From Desulfurococcales archaeon (lineage in GTDB: Archaea; Thermoproteota; Thermoprotei_A; Sulfolobales; Desulfurococcaceae), in assembly GCA_027022365.1 (NCBI GenBank), contig JALVYU010000031.1, positions 192,001-256,000 of the forward strand: a stretch of DNA of 64,000 nt. Reading direction: 5' to 3'. The notes under the pieces were generated by a model. The model had not been told where the DNA came from, ran no database searches, and saw nothing but the letters and a program-made list of their open reading frames with translations. Positions 28,822 to 38,682 of this stretch are shown in pieces. The first letter of the stretch is position 1; every line of letters starts with the position of its first letter. The translations under genes and the position numbers were made by a program.

Positions 28822-29103
28822 TTATCCTACTTGCATACAACGACATGTACACTCAAGATCGAGAACCAAGTAATCCCTTATCCCCTTCTCCTCGGCCAGC
28901 CTCAGGAAATCATATAATTTACTTACAGGAACGAGATATGTTCCCGGGCACAGGCGGATCCCCTCGACGTGTTTCAGCATGCCATGTGACCTGTATTTTC
29001 TACCTTTGACAACCACGGTTGTCCCGAGGAGGGTCTTGGCTACTTTGCTCCTTGACCGTTTGTCCATTCCTTTCTTCAACCTGATGATGGCATATACTGT
29101 CAT
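28822..29103 (-). CDS. Small basic hypothetical protein
   Basis: 93-aa ORF in the same-strand gene string; GRKYRSHGML, GTYLVP. Confidence 0.65.
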   Translation of the reverse strand: MTVYAIIRLKKGMDKRSRSKVAKTLLGTTVVVKGRKYRSHGMLKHVEGIRLCPGTYLVPVSKLYDFLRLAEEKGIRDYLVLDLECTCRCMQVG

Positions 29104-29149
29104 TACTGTGCGCCGGTGTTACGTTTATGCCACTAGTGGCATAAAAGAC

Positions 29150-30568
29150 TTATTTTGTCTTGCCAAGCCACTTCATTATACCTTCGCCACTCCCCTGTTT
29201 ACGTTTCAAAACCTTCTCCACAAATCTATCTCTCACAGGCTCGTATACCTCCTTGTAGAACAGCTGCGGATCACGAAGCACGGTCTTGGGGAATCTCCTG
29301 ACATATTCTAGGGCCGCTCTCCAGGCCTCCTCAGCCTTTATTCCAGCCTCCTCGAACTTTCTCAGAACATATCTATCGAAGTCCTCCGGCCTCTGCTCTA
29401 TTCCTCCCATAACGAAATAGCCTCTGGGGGAGATCTGTAGTTTTTCTCCAACCTCCTCGACGCGTTTCAACTCCCCGGTTACCCTAACGCCGTATATCCT
29501 CCCTCGAGGCCTATAGGCCGCAACCCCCCTCTTCGCCGGGCCATAGTATTTCGCCCATGCATAGAATATTGCGCGGTTCAGCCCGAAGCTCTTGGCTTTT
29601 TCAAGATCACCGGTCAGGATATAGTATCTTGCAGCCTGTAGTAACGCCATGACGGGAAATCTGCCTGGCTCAGAAACGTTCCTACTTACAGGCTTCCCCA
29701 CAGTCGGGGGTTCCCTTGTTTCAACACCAATCCTTGTCGCACGGGCCTCCAATAGGCTGTGCTTCCGCACAATGCCTATGTGCTTGATAGCCTTGTATGC
29801 TAGCTCGTCGAGCCCGCTTTTCTCGTAGATCCTCCATGAGTCAGGGTCATGCCGTGGATTCGATGGATCACTCCATTCTAGCTTGAAGTCTTCAAGATCT
29901 CTGGGCCTGAAGAATACAACGGCCCTATCCAGTCTTCTATGAAGGCTTAATGGTGCGGTGAAGACCCTCTTCATGGAGACCAGGTTCTCGATCTTCACTA
30001 TTCCCCCGGATTCCCTGATAGCATCTATAAGCCTGGGCTTTAATACTTCGAGGACATACTCGACGAGGCAGAAAGCCACGTCCAGGGGATGATATTCTTT
30101 TAGCGGCTCATCTATGCATTTCTCGTTGAACCTTACATGTATACCCGCTCCGCTCCAGGCTAGATAGACGCATTTCTCAAAGTTATTCTCTATCACGTAC
30201 TCCGCTATGATCTTTGTTGTCCTGACTATGTACACGTATCTTTTCTCGAGTTCCCTCTCATCTATTAAGTCTATGTCTATGAATGGCGTGACCCTGACAA
30301 CGTTTTCCGCGTATTTCTCCATAACGTCAGCTTTCTTCTCGAGGGTTTTGAACACCTCTATTGTGCCGTAGATACTCCGTGGCTTGATGAAATGGTATTT
30401 CTTGAAGAGCCGCGGTATATCTTCCGGCTTGCTGATGATCAGGGGCTTATCGTCTTCCCATCGTACCCATTTCCTGTTCTCGCCCTCGAGGCCTATCCAT
30501 CTACCTTTCAGATACTCGGTTATCTCTCTTAGCTTTAAGGGATCGTTATAGTACTTAGCAATGTCCAC
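29150..30568 (-). CDS. Archaeo-eukaryotic primase (AEP)-superfamily protein with additional C-terminal helical domain
   Basis: PFIDID (motif I DxD), AWSGAGIHV (motif II SGxGxH), KIEN...RVFTAPLSLH (motif III region); C-terminal RFPVMALLQAAR...GLNRAIFYAWAK domain. Confidence 0.65.
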   Translation of the reverse strand: MDIAKYYNDPLKLREITEYLKGRWIGLEGENRKWVRWEDDKPLIISKPEDIPRLFKKYHFIKPRSIYGTIEVFKTLEKKADVMEKYAENVVRVTPFIDIDLIDERELEKRYVYIVRTTKIIAEYVIENNFEKCVYLAWSGAGIHVRFNEKCIDEPLKEYHPLDVAFCLVEYVLEVLKPRLIDAIRESGGIVKIENLVSMKRVFTAPLSLHRRLDRAVVFFRPRDLEDFKLEWSDPSNPRHDPDSWRIYEKSGLDELAYKAIKHIGIVRKHSLLEARATRIGVETREPPTVGKPVSRNVSEPGRFPVMALLQAARYYILTGDLEKAKSFGLNRAIFYAWAKYYGPAKRGVAAYRPRGRIYGVRVTGELKRVEEVGEKLQISPRGYFVMGGIEQRPEDFDRYVLRKFEEAGIKAEEAWRAALEYVRRFPKTVLRDPQLFYKEVYEPVRDRFVEKVLKRKQGSGEGIMKWLGKTK

Positions 30569-30632
30569 GGCTTATCCCATGAGAATAATATTGCATGCTC
30601 AGAGATTTAAGGGAGAAGAAACTAGGGATTCC

Positions 30633-31325
30633 TTACTCCTTGAGTATTTTCATCATGGTTCGAGCGTTCTCCAGCATCCAGTGGTCATTATTGAAGAAAA
30701 CATATGTTTTCGCGGGATTAAGAACACGTATTTTCTCGGCCACCTCGCGGAGTTCTTCCTCGGTGTATTCGTGGGCGTACCAGCTACTCCTCCCATGCAT
30801 GCGGAGATAGACTATGTCGTTACTGCTCCGAATCCATACTCCGATAGGGCTATCTATGCTGACGAGGGTTACGCCGATCCTTCTACAAAGAGATATTGTT
30901 TCCTCATCGAACCAGCTCGGATCACGGAACTCGACTGCAAGCCTTGGGCCCAGCCCGAACCTCTCCGAGAACTTTATGAGACGCTCAATATTTGCCGGAC
31001 TACGCTTGAATGTTGGAGGGAGCTGTAAGAGATAGAAGTCGATCTTATCATCAAGCGGCTGGAAAAGCCTCAGAAACTTCTCGAATGTCGGATAAGATGT
31101 TTCACTGAGCCGCTTGTAATGCGTTATTATACGGTTGACCTTGACCGCCCATCGTAGGCCCCGGGATTTCCGGGCCCAAGATCTAACCTGGTTCGGGAAG
31201 GGGAACCTGTAAAAACTGGCATTGAGCTCTACGGCGTTGAGGCCTGAGTACTTGACGTACCAGTCTAGGTTGCCCCACTCATTCCAGTCGTAGGCCCAGC
31301 CGCTTGTCCCTACGTATACCTCCAT
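30633..31325 (-). CDS. DUF72 (UPF0759) family protein
   Basis: VGTSGW, VELNASFYR, ITHYKRL, LLQLPP, VEFRDPSW, YLRMHGR, YVFFNND. Confidence 0.93.
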   Translation of the reverse strand: MEVYVGTSGWAYDWNEWGNLDWYVKYSGLNAVELNASFYRFPFPNQVRSWARKSRGLRWAVKVNRIITHYKRLSETSYPTFEKFLRLFQPLDDKIDFYLLQLPPTFKRSPANIERLIKFSERFGLGPRLAVEFRDPSWFDEETISLCRRIGVTLVSIDSPIGVWIRSSNDIVYLRMHGRSSWYAHEYTEEELREVAEKIRVLNPAKTYVFFNNDHWMLENARTMMKILKE

Positions 31326-31336
31326 GAATCCTCGCT

Positions 31337-31987
31337 TCACGGGGTTGTTGAGGCTTGCTCGGGCTTTCTAAGTATGCCCTCGATTTCGCTGATCTCTATT
31401 CCGAGCTTCTCTGAGACTTTCCTGAGAGCCTGCCTCGACAGCATGTTCTCAAGCCTAGATACGATCTTTCTTGTCTCCTTATCGATATGAAGGGCTTCCC
31501 GGACTGCTTCTCTAACGCGTGATTCTAGCGGGAAGGTTTTCTCCGCCTCTATGATCAATATTTTTTCCTCGGGGAGAACCTCGACGGTATAGCCGTGCTT
31601 CTCAGCTATCTTTGACGCTATCAATGAGTAGAGGCCAAGGGGCATCCAGGCCCTATACGCGTACTCATAACCTATTACCGTCTTCTCGAGATATATATGG
31701 CCTTTCCCCTCGTCACGCCACAGTGTCAGGTTATCGTAGAATTCTAGGCCCTCAACCCTATAGGTATAGCTTTCCTCCTCTAGGACGGCGAGGGGCATTA
31801 CCTCCATCACCACTGGCTCACCATTAATAGTCTTGAATGGCAGATCCAGAAACTTCATCTTCATAACGGTTCTTAGTGGGATGAAGACGTGTATGTGGTT
31901 CTCGTCAACGATCTCAGCCGGATACCTTCGTTTACGGACTTTAACGTACTTTAGAGTCTTATCGACCTCAATTGATCGCTGCGACAT
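31337..31987 (-). CDS. Hypothetical protein
   Basis: Long ORF in the same-strand string ahead of DUF72; GGGTGA RBS before ATG 31987. Confidence 0.7.
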   Translation of the reverse strand: MSQRSIEVDKTLKYVKVRKRRYPAEIVDENHIHVFIPLRTVMKMKFLDLPFKTINGEPVVMEVMPLAVLEEESYTYRVEGLEFYDNLTLWRDEGKGHIYLEKTVIGYEYAYRAWMPLGLYSLIASKIAEKHGYTVEVLPEEKILIIEAEKTFPLESRVREAVREALHIDKETRKIVSRLENMLSRQALRKVSEKLGIEISEIEGILRKPEQASTTP

Positions 31988-32050
31988 AGATCTTTCACCC
32001 AACCCTACTCTAGACTTGAGAAACAAAGCCTTATAATGGTTACAATATGT

Positions 32051-32122
32051 GCTTCATCGGCCCGGGGCCTCCGGATGAGGCCTCGGTCCACATTAATGCT
32101 TCGGTGGATCAGGCCTCTTCAT
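32051..32122. ncRNA. GC-rich structured intergenic element (possible sRNA)
   Basis: Stems GCTTCATC/GATGAGGC and GAGGCCT-GGTCCAC/GTGGATC-AGGCCTC. The minus strand starts with C-like ATGAAGA, 11 nt, then CCGA. Confidence 0.35.
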
Positions 32123-32143
32123 AAAACTATTTTCTTTCCGATG

Positions 32144-32689
32144 CTATTTAATTTCAATCGCTTCATCAATATCGATCAGTTCTTTATAATCTGCTAGTTC
32201 GCCCCCTACTCTCTTCATCCAGCCTTTATTCTTAGCAGCAACATCCATGCTAGTCAGGATCGCAAATGCTTTAAGTGCGTGTGGTAGTTCTTCAGGGAAC
32301 ACCCTGCGTGGATCATTTGTTCTTATAAACTCGATGTTTTCTCTCACCCACGGACAGCTACCGCTTACACGTAATGTATTGTCTCCCCAGCCTATGATCA
32401 ATGGGTACATCTTGCATGCCAGCGGCTTCTCCTCATGAATTAAACACTTATATCCATCTAGGAACGGGCATTTTCCCCTGATGACCCATTTGTAGAGTAG
32501 AACATATGCTTTACCGCCAGAAACATACCCAGCATATGGCCTGAACTCGAGGCTCCCAACCCCTTTCTCTGCGGCGAGCCGCTCCAATAACCTCTTCTCC
32601 CACGGAAAAACTAGAGGGGCATCCTCAATATTATTGAAGGTGCAGCACTCTTTACCGCATATAATAAGGCATTTAAACACATTATCCAT
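32144..32689 (-). CDS. YkgJ family (CxxCxxCC) cysteine-cluster protein
   Basis: FKCLIICGKECC, CPFL...CLIHEEKPLACKMYP. Confidence 0.88.
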   Translation of the reverse strand: MDNVFKCLIICGKECCTFNNIEDAPLVFPWEKRLLERLAAEKGVGSLEFRPYAGYVSGGKAYVLLYKWVIRGKCPFLDGYKCLIHEEKPLACKMYPLIIGWGDNTLRVSGSCPWVRENIEFIRTNDPRRVFPEELPHALKAFAILTSMDVAAKNKGWMKRVGGELADYKELIDIDEAIEIK

Positions 32690-32698
32690 ATCCGCGGA

Positions 32699-33766
32699 TC
32701 ACCTGTATGGTATTATGCACGGGCTACCGAACTTGCCTAGCCTTACTCTCGATCCAATGCTTCCGTTGACCGGTATAGCTCTGAGGGCGACTGGCTTCTT
32801 CTTTGTGAGCCAAACCGTGTATGTATCAAGAATATAGTTTGCTAACATCTCTCTATTAGCTGGCACTACCAACATGTCCGGGCCCGCGACACAGGCTATT
32901 GATGCCAGAAGGAAGTCCTGCGCCTTGATCCTACCGCGGCATCCCGCGTCTACCAATACTTTGTCCTCGGCGTAAGGAAGCATTACCTCGTTGAACCCTG
33001 TCACCCATGCGATGCGGGCTGCAAGCTCCGATATTATCTTGTTCAAGGACCGTACAGCACTGAGGAACCCTGGCTCGAATACTCCTGTCCTGGATAAATT
33101 CATTATCAGTCTCGCCGTGCTATCGCTCATCCATGGTGAAAGGCTTAGATCCGCGAACGCTGTGACACCCCTAGATCTAATAATCGATAATGGTTTCTCA
33201 AGCATGTCTAGGAAGTCCTCGAACCTTAGCTCTCCCTTAACATGTTTCTCCATCAGATCATTGTAGAGATATGCCAGGCCGTAAGTCCAGCCCAGAGCGT
33301 AGCTAGTGCTATCGGGAAAATATGGTGTCCTGATGGGCTCATTATGTATGGCCACAGCTATCCGGGTAGCCAGGACGGGATCGTGTGAGGCTGCCTCATG
33401 GATTATCCAGCTAGCTGCTCGGGCCCCCTCGGCCGGGCTCCTCGTTATACCGTGTAGGGGAACATAGTATCCTTTCTCGATTAGCTCAGTCACGAGTTTT
33501 GGAGAGACACTTGTTATCTCTAGACCACCGATAGAGACTAGGGTGTGCTGCGGGGGATCGGGGAGAATCGATACTAGGGCTCTGTATGTCTCGACAGGAG
33601 GCTTAGGTAATGTGATCCTGAACGTCCATACATCGTAGCCGTTCTCATGCAGAATATCCTTTATCTCCCCGAGCCTAGTCACGGCTTCCTCGAAGAGGCC
33701 AGCAATGGAATCCCTGCTCCACTCCTCAGGGAAAGGAGTGAAAACTGTAAGCGCCCGTATCTTCAA
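32699..33766 (-). CDS. DUF711/UPF0210 family protein
   Basis: MKIRALT, TPYFP, DLSLSPW, GFNEVMLPYAED, CVAGPDM. TTG 33766 chosen after a GTGGTGG RBS. Confidence 0.8.
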   Translation of the reverse strand: MKIRALTVFTPFPEEWSRDSIAGLFEEAVTRLGEIKDILHENGYDVWTFRITLPKPPVETYRALVSILPDPPQHTLVSIGGLEITSVSPKLVTELIEKGYYVPLHGITRSPAEGARAASWIIHEAASHDPVLATRIAVAIHNEPIRTPYFPDSTSYALGWTYGLAYLYNDLMEKHVKGELRFEDFLDMLEKPLSIIRSRGVTAFADLSLSPWMSDSTARLIMNLSRTGVFEPGFLSAVRSLNKIISELAARIAWVTGFNEVMLPYAEDKVLVDAGCRGRIKAQDFLLASIACVAGPDMLVVPANREMLANYILDTYTVWLTKKKPVALRAIPVNGSIGSRVRLGKFGSPCIIPYR

Positions 33767-33806
33767 AACCGCCACCACGCTAGAACTACAGGGATTCATT
33801 AAATAA

Positions 33807-34379
33807 ATGACGTTTATAACACTATCCGTGGGGACAGATTTGCAACTACTAGGAATTGCAAACAAGATAGTGTTTGTACATGACGACTTCATATACGCCT
33901 CGGTCACAGCAGGCCAGATCTACAGGGAGCTCCCATCAATAATACTGAGAAGTATGGATGACAAATCATTCAACAACACGGTCTTTAAGCATCTATTAAA
34001 CATCACGGGAGACGATAAGACAAGGGCCAAAGACCTCTACGGCCCATCCTCTGATGAGACAGACAAGAGGCTGAGAGGATTCATCGAAGAATATAACTCT
34101 GCAAGGCCTTCATCCTCAATAGAGTATTGCCTGAGAGGCCTTCCACGAGAAATCCTTGTTGACCTGATATCAAGGGATCTAATATGGGTTGTCCCCTACG
34201 ACAAGATAGAATCCATAAAGGTAAGGAAGGTAGGCACCCACAAGATCATAGAGATAATTTATCTCTGTCCATACACAATGACCAGACGAGCACTCAGACT
34301 ACTCTATAACGAGGACTTCTATAGGCTAGTAATGAGCCTGATTGGTGAGAAAAATGAGAATGTCCATCGAACTAGCTAA
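33807..34379 (+). CDS. Hypothetical protein
   Basis: 190-aa ORF divergent from DUF711. Confidence 0.6.
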   Translation: MTFITLSVGTDLQLLGIANKIVFVHDDFIYASVTAGQIYRELPSIILRSMDDKSFNNTVFKHLLNITGDDKTRAKDLYGPSSDETDKRLRGFIEEYNSARPSSSIEYCLRGLPREILVDLISRDLIWVVPYDKIESIKVRKVGTHKIIEIIYLCPYTMTRRALRLLYNEDFYRLVMSLIGEKNENVHRTS

Positions 34380-35478
34380 GCCTCCATATACCAGAGAGAA
34401 GATAAAGGAGCTGCTGAAAACGATAGAGAGGCTAAATCCCGCCCAACAGTTGGAGGCCCTAGCAGGATTATCTGTGATTATCGATCGCCAAGGAGCTGCT
34501 CCGGATATATATAGGCTTGGAATAAGAGGAGAACTGGCCGAGATCGGCGAAGAATATCTCAATAGGCTACCTCTTAATCTATGCCCACATATATTCAAAT
34601 CAACGCTGATCTCATTCTTGGCAAATAGAATAAGGAAACCAATATCATCCGCCGCATTCCTCGACTCTCTCCGAAGATTACACGGATACATGACATACAT
34701 GAACCCGTTGGCCATACTCTATGTTCTCTGGAAAAACCCTACAGCCGCCAAGAAGTATTTCATTGGCTTCATCGATAAAAGCCTATTAATAGATCTGGCC
34801 AACCCGGATCTAAGATATACCGTTCTATACAGAGACCTCCTAGTTGCATTATCACCAATACTATCCATGGAGCTGTTTAGGAAATATTATGAACCAGTAT
34901 CTATCCCTGAGGAAATCCTCGAGACAGCGGGAGAGATCAACGATAAAGATCTGATGGAACTCCTTGTTAGAACACTAAGATCATATATAAAAACACTTAT
35001 TTCGACCATACAAGTCCTAAGAGCCGCCATTAGAGCTGAGGAGTACTTAGACAAAATGAAGCTTGAGACCACAGGATTAGTGAAATATAGGGATGTACTC
35101 GGCAGGCTCGTGAAAACTAGTAGGAACCTAATGTTGACGAGCCTTGAAACCCTGACAATCCATCCCGAGCCAGTGACCGCGGAAGCACTAGCTGGTATTG
35201 TAAGTGAAGGATTAAAGTTGTTGAGGGAACCGGAGGAACTAAGGTTAGCTCTAAACTTGATACTCGAGGCCAGCCTCACCCCAGAGGATCACGTCAGAGG
35301 TCTAACGTATATTCTTGAGAAACTCGTAGAGATAATCAAAGGTATTGGAAGGAAAGAACTGACAAAACTATGTGGAAACGTTAAGGGCAGAGTATTGCTT
35401 AAGAGGCTCGCCAGACATAATGATAAAAAATGGGTCTCAATGCTGGGGGTTAAATGGGATAAAATATGTACCGATTAG
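34354..35478 (+). CDS. Hypothetical helical protein
   Basis: Long Leu/Glu/Arg-rich ORF; no family recognised. Confidence 0.7.
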   Translation: MRMSIELAKPPYTREKIKELLKTIERLNPAQQLEALAGLSVIIDRQGAAPDIYRLGIRGELAEIGEEYLNRLPLNLCPHIFKSTLISFLANRIRKPISSAAFLDSLRRLHGYMTYMNPLAILYVLWKNPTAAKKYFIGFIDKSLLIDLANPDLRYTVLYRDLLVALSPILSMELFRKYYEPVSIPEEILETAGEINDKDLMELLVRTLRSYIKTLISTIQVLRAAIRAEEYLDKMKLETTGLVKYRDVLGRLVKTSRNLMLTSLETLTIHPEPVTAEALAGIVSEGLKLLREPEELRLALNLILEASLTPEDHVRGLTYILEKLVEIIKGIGRKELTKLCGNVKGRVLLKRLARHNDKKWVSMLGVKWDKICTD

Positions 35479-38400
35479 ATCCTCTCTAGCATTATGGTCT
35501 TTACCTCGAATCCCCTCAGCCTGACGGGGTTTTCTGTCGTCCCGCGGTTCTTACCGATCAGGTCTGTTTCTCCTACGACTCTGTATTTACCAGTTATCTC
35601 AACCTCTCTTTCTATAGGGTATGGGTTGTAGATGTTAGCGTAAACTATGTTGCCTGACCCCCTTAACCCAGTGATAATAGCCGACTTCTCGGGCTCAATA
35701 GATATGATCCTCTCTCCTATTAACGGCTGTCCCCGCAATATCTTCAGGGGACTCCAGAGCTCATAAGTTATAGCTGGTACCATCGCCCTCCACGTGTCTC
35801 CCTTGTGAGGATACAAGTAGTATGTGACCCTGAACCTACCTATACCGCTATAGGGGTCAGGGATTGTCGGCGCCTTGTGTATTGTCAAGCCAATCTTGCC
35901 GCCGAGCACGCTGTAGCCGTGCTTATGCATAGATATTACCGCTAAGCCTTTCTCTCCATCATTTATATCCATCCATCTAAGTGCAGGGACCTCGTAGAGC
36001 AGAGCATATTTTCTGGGATCCTCCGGCATTGTTGGCCTAGCGACCGCACCGAACGGTATCTCGAACCACGCCTTATCAGCCCATATATCTGGTTCGAACC
36101 ATGCCTTCAAGTACCTGAGCCTGTCCCTCCAATCCAGGTCTAGATCTACCCTGACCGTGTCCACTCCGCTGAACAGGCAAACCCTCATCCTAACCTTTGA
36201 TCTGCCGGTCTTCTTCGAGAATTCGATACAGGCGGCCCCGCCTCCGCCCGCTAGTATTTGTGGCTTGCCGTTAGGCTCTAATGGCTGGCCGTTCATAAGC
36301 CCTGATGGGTCAAGCTCCCATGCATCAAAAACCGGGGGCCTGTCAAGATGTACTAGCAAGAGGTTGCTTGGCTCATTGAGATAGTTGATCCCGCTCTTGT
36401 CTCTGAGCCTGAGTATTTCGCCGGTATCAGACACTGTGAGTTCAAGCGACTCATTACCAAGCCTAATGATTTCTCCGAGATCCACGTATGTGTTTCCTGT
36501 CTCGTTTACTTCTCCGGGCTTGCTCCATGATGCTCCTATACCGGGCACTTTCTTGATCTTTACAGCGTATTCTCCCCATCCTATTGGTACGCAGTACTCG
36601 ATCTTATCCCCGCCTATACAGTGATCTCTAAGCAGTACTATTCCTGAACGGTGCCATGGAAGATCATTATAGATCGTGTATCCCTCACTACCCGATACAA
36701 CATTCCTCCTAATAATCCCGGAAGCAGTATCCAGTAACCCCTCGATCTCCCTTAAGGCATACTCATAGGTTCTAGGAACACTAGTACCCGGTAGAACATC
36801 GTGGAACGCGTGGAGTAAGAGCTTCCTCCACATCTCATCGAGAGCCCTGCCCGCTGTTAGTGCTTCGGATATCTCGGCACTTCTAACCGTCATTTCAGCT
36901 CTGGCGAAACAGTCTTTGATCCGATGATTTGTGGTAAGAGTCCCCTTATGGATCTCTAGGAGAAGATCGCCAGTGATAACCGGTAGTTTGTCTTTGGCTT
37001 TCCTATAAGCCTCGACAAGCTCCTCTTCATCGATATCCTTCACTTTATTCGTCGCGCCGAGCAATTGTTCCCTATAGATCATCATTTCCCATGAGGGGCC
37101 GCCTCCTCCATCGCTGTATCCGTAAGACATGATGATGGGGATTTCCCGGGGGGCCTTTGCTTTTCTATCATACTCTAAGATATGTGATGGTGTGAGGGCC
37201 TCTGCATAGTTTGTCGGTATAGTGTATACGGGTATCTCCGTACCATCAACGCCTCTCCATATAAATGCATGGTGGACAGGCTTGTTTATGATATTCCAAG
37301 TGTTCTTATGGATTACGAGGAGCTCTATGCCTGCTTTAACAAGTAGTTGCGGCAGACTCGACGGGTAGCCAAAACTATCGGGTAGCCAGCCGATCCTAGA
37401 AGGTCTCCCTAGACGCTCAATGAACTCCCTCTGGCCCAGCACCAACAGCCTAGCGAGAGACTCTCCATCAACCATCCACAGGTCGGGCTCTACCAGCATC
37501 CCCCCAACTGGTATCCAGCTCCCCTTCCTTACCAGCTCTTTCACCCTCTGGTACAGCTCAGGTGATTCTTGCTCAAGCCAGTCAAGGTAGAGGCTGCTCG
37601 ACTGGATAAACCTCATGTCGTTCTTCTCGGCAAACATAGCTGCAGTGCTGAATGTTCTCCTTATTTTGCGTCTCGTCTCGAGATAATCCCATAGCCATGC
37701 TGCGTCGAGGTGGCTATGGCCGGCAACGTGTATTGTGTGTTCTAATTTATCTGCAAGGATGCTGGAGAGTAGCTTGTCTAGTTCTTCATTGATCTGATTT
37801 GCCCGCTCTCTCACAGCAGGGTCTGGCTCAAAGACATGGTGTTCTCCAGCAAGGATCTCTGAGCCATAAAGGCCTGCGGCGAGGAAATGATCAAGAACGG
37901 GCTCCGGTATATCAACGCGTTTATTGAACACGTACGGCGATCCGATCCACAGGGTTATTAGGGCGGCAGCCATCTGGATATGGTTTGGGGTTTGACCTGC
38001 TTCGATGATCTTATATAGCCTGTCTATGATTGATCGTTTCTCTTGTTCGCCTAGTTTTTCCGCCAGATCCAGTATTCCCAGCGCCTTTATTCCTGCTTTA
38101 AACAAGTTATTATCTATCCTGGCTAGGTATGAATTGTAGAGGATAAGGTAGGGCTCGTGATCCCCGAAGAGCCTCGTGTTATCGAGGAGGAGCTCCACCT
38201 TGTGCTCTCCCGGCTCGACCGGATAGTACGTGTGATAATCATCTATCCCAGCATAGTCGTTTCCGTCTATCCGTAGGAGGGCATTCCCATTTGTTATGAT
38301 CTTCAAAACCCATGACTGCATGCTCTCGTTCATACTCTCGTTCATAGGAACTTCTATCCTAGTTCTGAGCGTAGCCATCGTTGCTCCTTTTATAACTACT

Positions 38401-38528
38401 GGGAGCTCGTAGTGTTTATCCTCGTATATCCAGTCCGTGACAGGTTTTATCTCGAGGATGCTTGAGGCGATTAAGTCGTAGGCGGCCCGCTTCGCCTTGA
38501 GAACAAGTATCTCTAGGGGGAGCTCCAA
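35475..38528 (-). CDS. Alpha-mannosidase, glycoside hydrolase family 38
   Basis: GHSHLDAAWLW, GESLAR, GWLPDSFG, GYSDGGGG, FHDVLPGTS motifs. Confidence 0.93.
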   Translation of the reverse strand: MELPLEILVLKAKRAAYDLIASSILEIKPVTDWIYEDKHYELPVVIKGATMATLRTRIEVPMNESMNESMQSWVLKIITNGNALLRIDGNDYAGIDDYHTYYPVEPGEHKVELLLDNTRLFGDHEPYLILYNSYLARIDNNLFKAGIKALGILDLAEKLGEQEKRSIIDRLYKIIEAGQTPNHIQMAAALITLWIGSPYVFNKRVDIPEPVLDHFLAAGLYGSEILAGEHHVFEPDPAVRERANQINEELDKLLSSILADKLEHTIHVAGHSHLDAAWLWDYLETRRKIRRTFSTAAMFAEKNDMRFIQSSSLYLDWLEQESPELYQRVKELVRKGSWIPVGGMLVEPDLWMVDGESLARLLVLGQREFIERLGRPSRIGWLPDSFGYPSSLPQLLVKAGIELLVIHKNTWNIINKPVHHAFIWRGVDGTEIPVYTIPTNYAEALTPSHILEYDRKAKAPREIPIIMSYGYSDGGGGPSWEMMIYREQLLGATNKVKDIDEEELVEAYRKAKDKLPVITGDLLLEIHKGTLTTNHRIKDCFARAEMTVRSAEISEALTAGRALDEMWRKLLLHAFHDVLPGTSVPRTYEYALREIEGLLDTASGIIRRNVVSGSEGYTIYNDLPWHRSGIVLLRDHCIGGDKIEYCVPIGWGEYAVKIKKVPGIGASWSKPGEVNETGNTYVDLGEIIRLGNESLELTVSDTGEILRLRDKSGINYLNEPSNLLLVHLDRPPVFDAWELDPSGLMNGQPLEPNGKPQILAGGGGAACIEFSKKTGRSKVRMRVCLFSGVDTVRVDLDLDWRDRLRYLKAWFEPDIWADKAWFEIPFGAVARPTMPEDPRKYALLYEVPALRWMDINDGEKGLAVISMHKHGYSVLGGKIGLTIHKAPTIPDPYSGIGRFRVTYYLYPHKGDTWRAMVPAITYELWSPLKILRGQPLIGERIISIEPEKSAIITGLRGSGNIVYANIYNPYPIEREVEITGKYRVVGETDLIGKNRGTTENPVRLRGFEVKTIMLERI

Positions 38529-38682
38529 TTACGGAACACCTACTTACGACGGACTATTACGTGATCCTGGGTTGTACTCCTTATATTTTAACATAGGGAC
38601 TCCTTTATCCGTAAATAGTTTTATCCCGACAATTTACTAGATTTAATCTATAATACATTATCTGCACCGTGGTAGCTCGGCC

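Noticed and set aside
29150-30568. AEP gene as the replicase of an integrated plasmid or virus
   Set aside because: No helicase, integrase, att/tRNA site or viral genes; it is embedded among housekeeping-type genes.
33767-33907. Apparent head-to-head overlap of DUF711 with the 33807 ORF (likewise 25889-25969)
   Set aside because: Artefact of longest-ORF calling; downstream TTG starts remove the overlaps.
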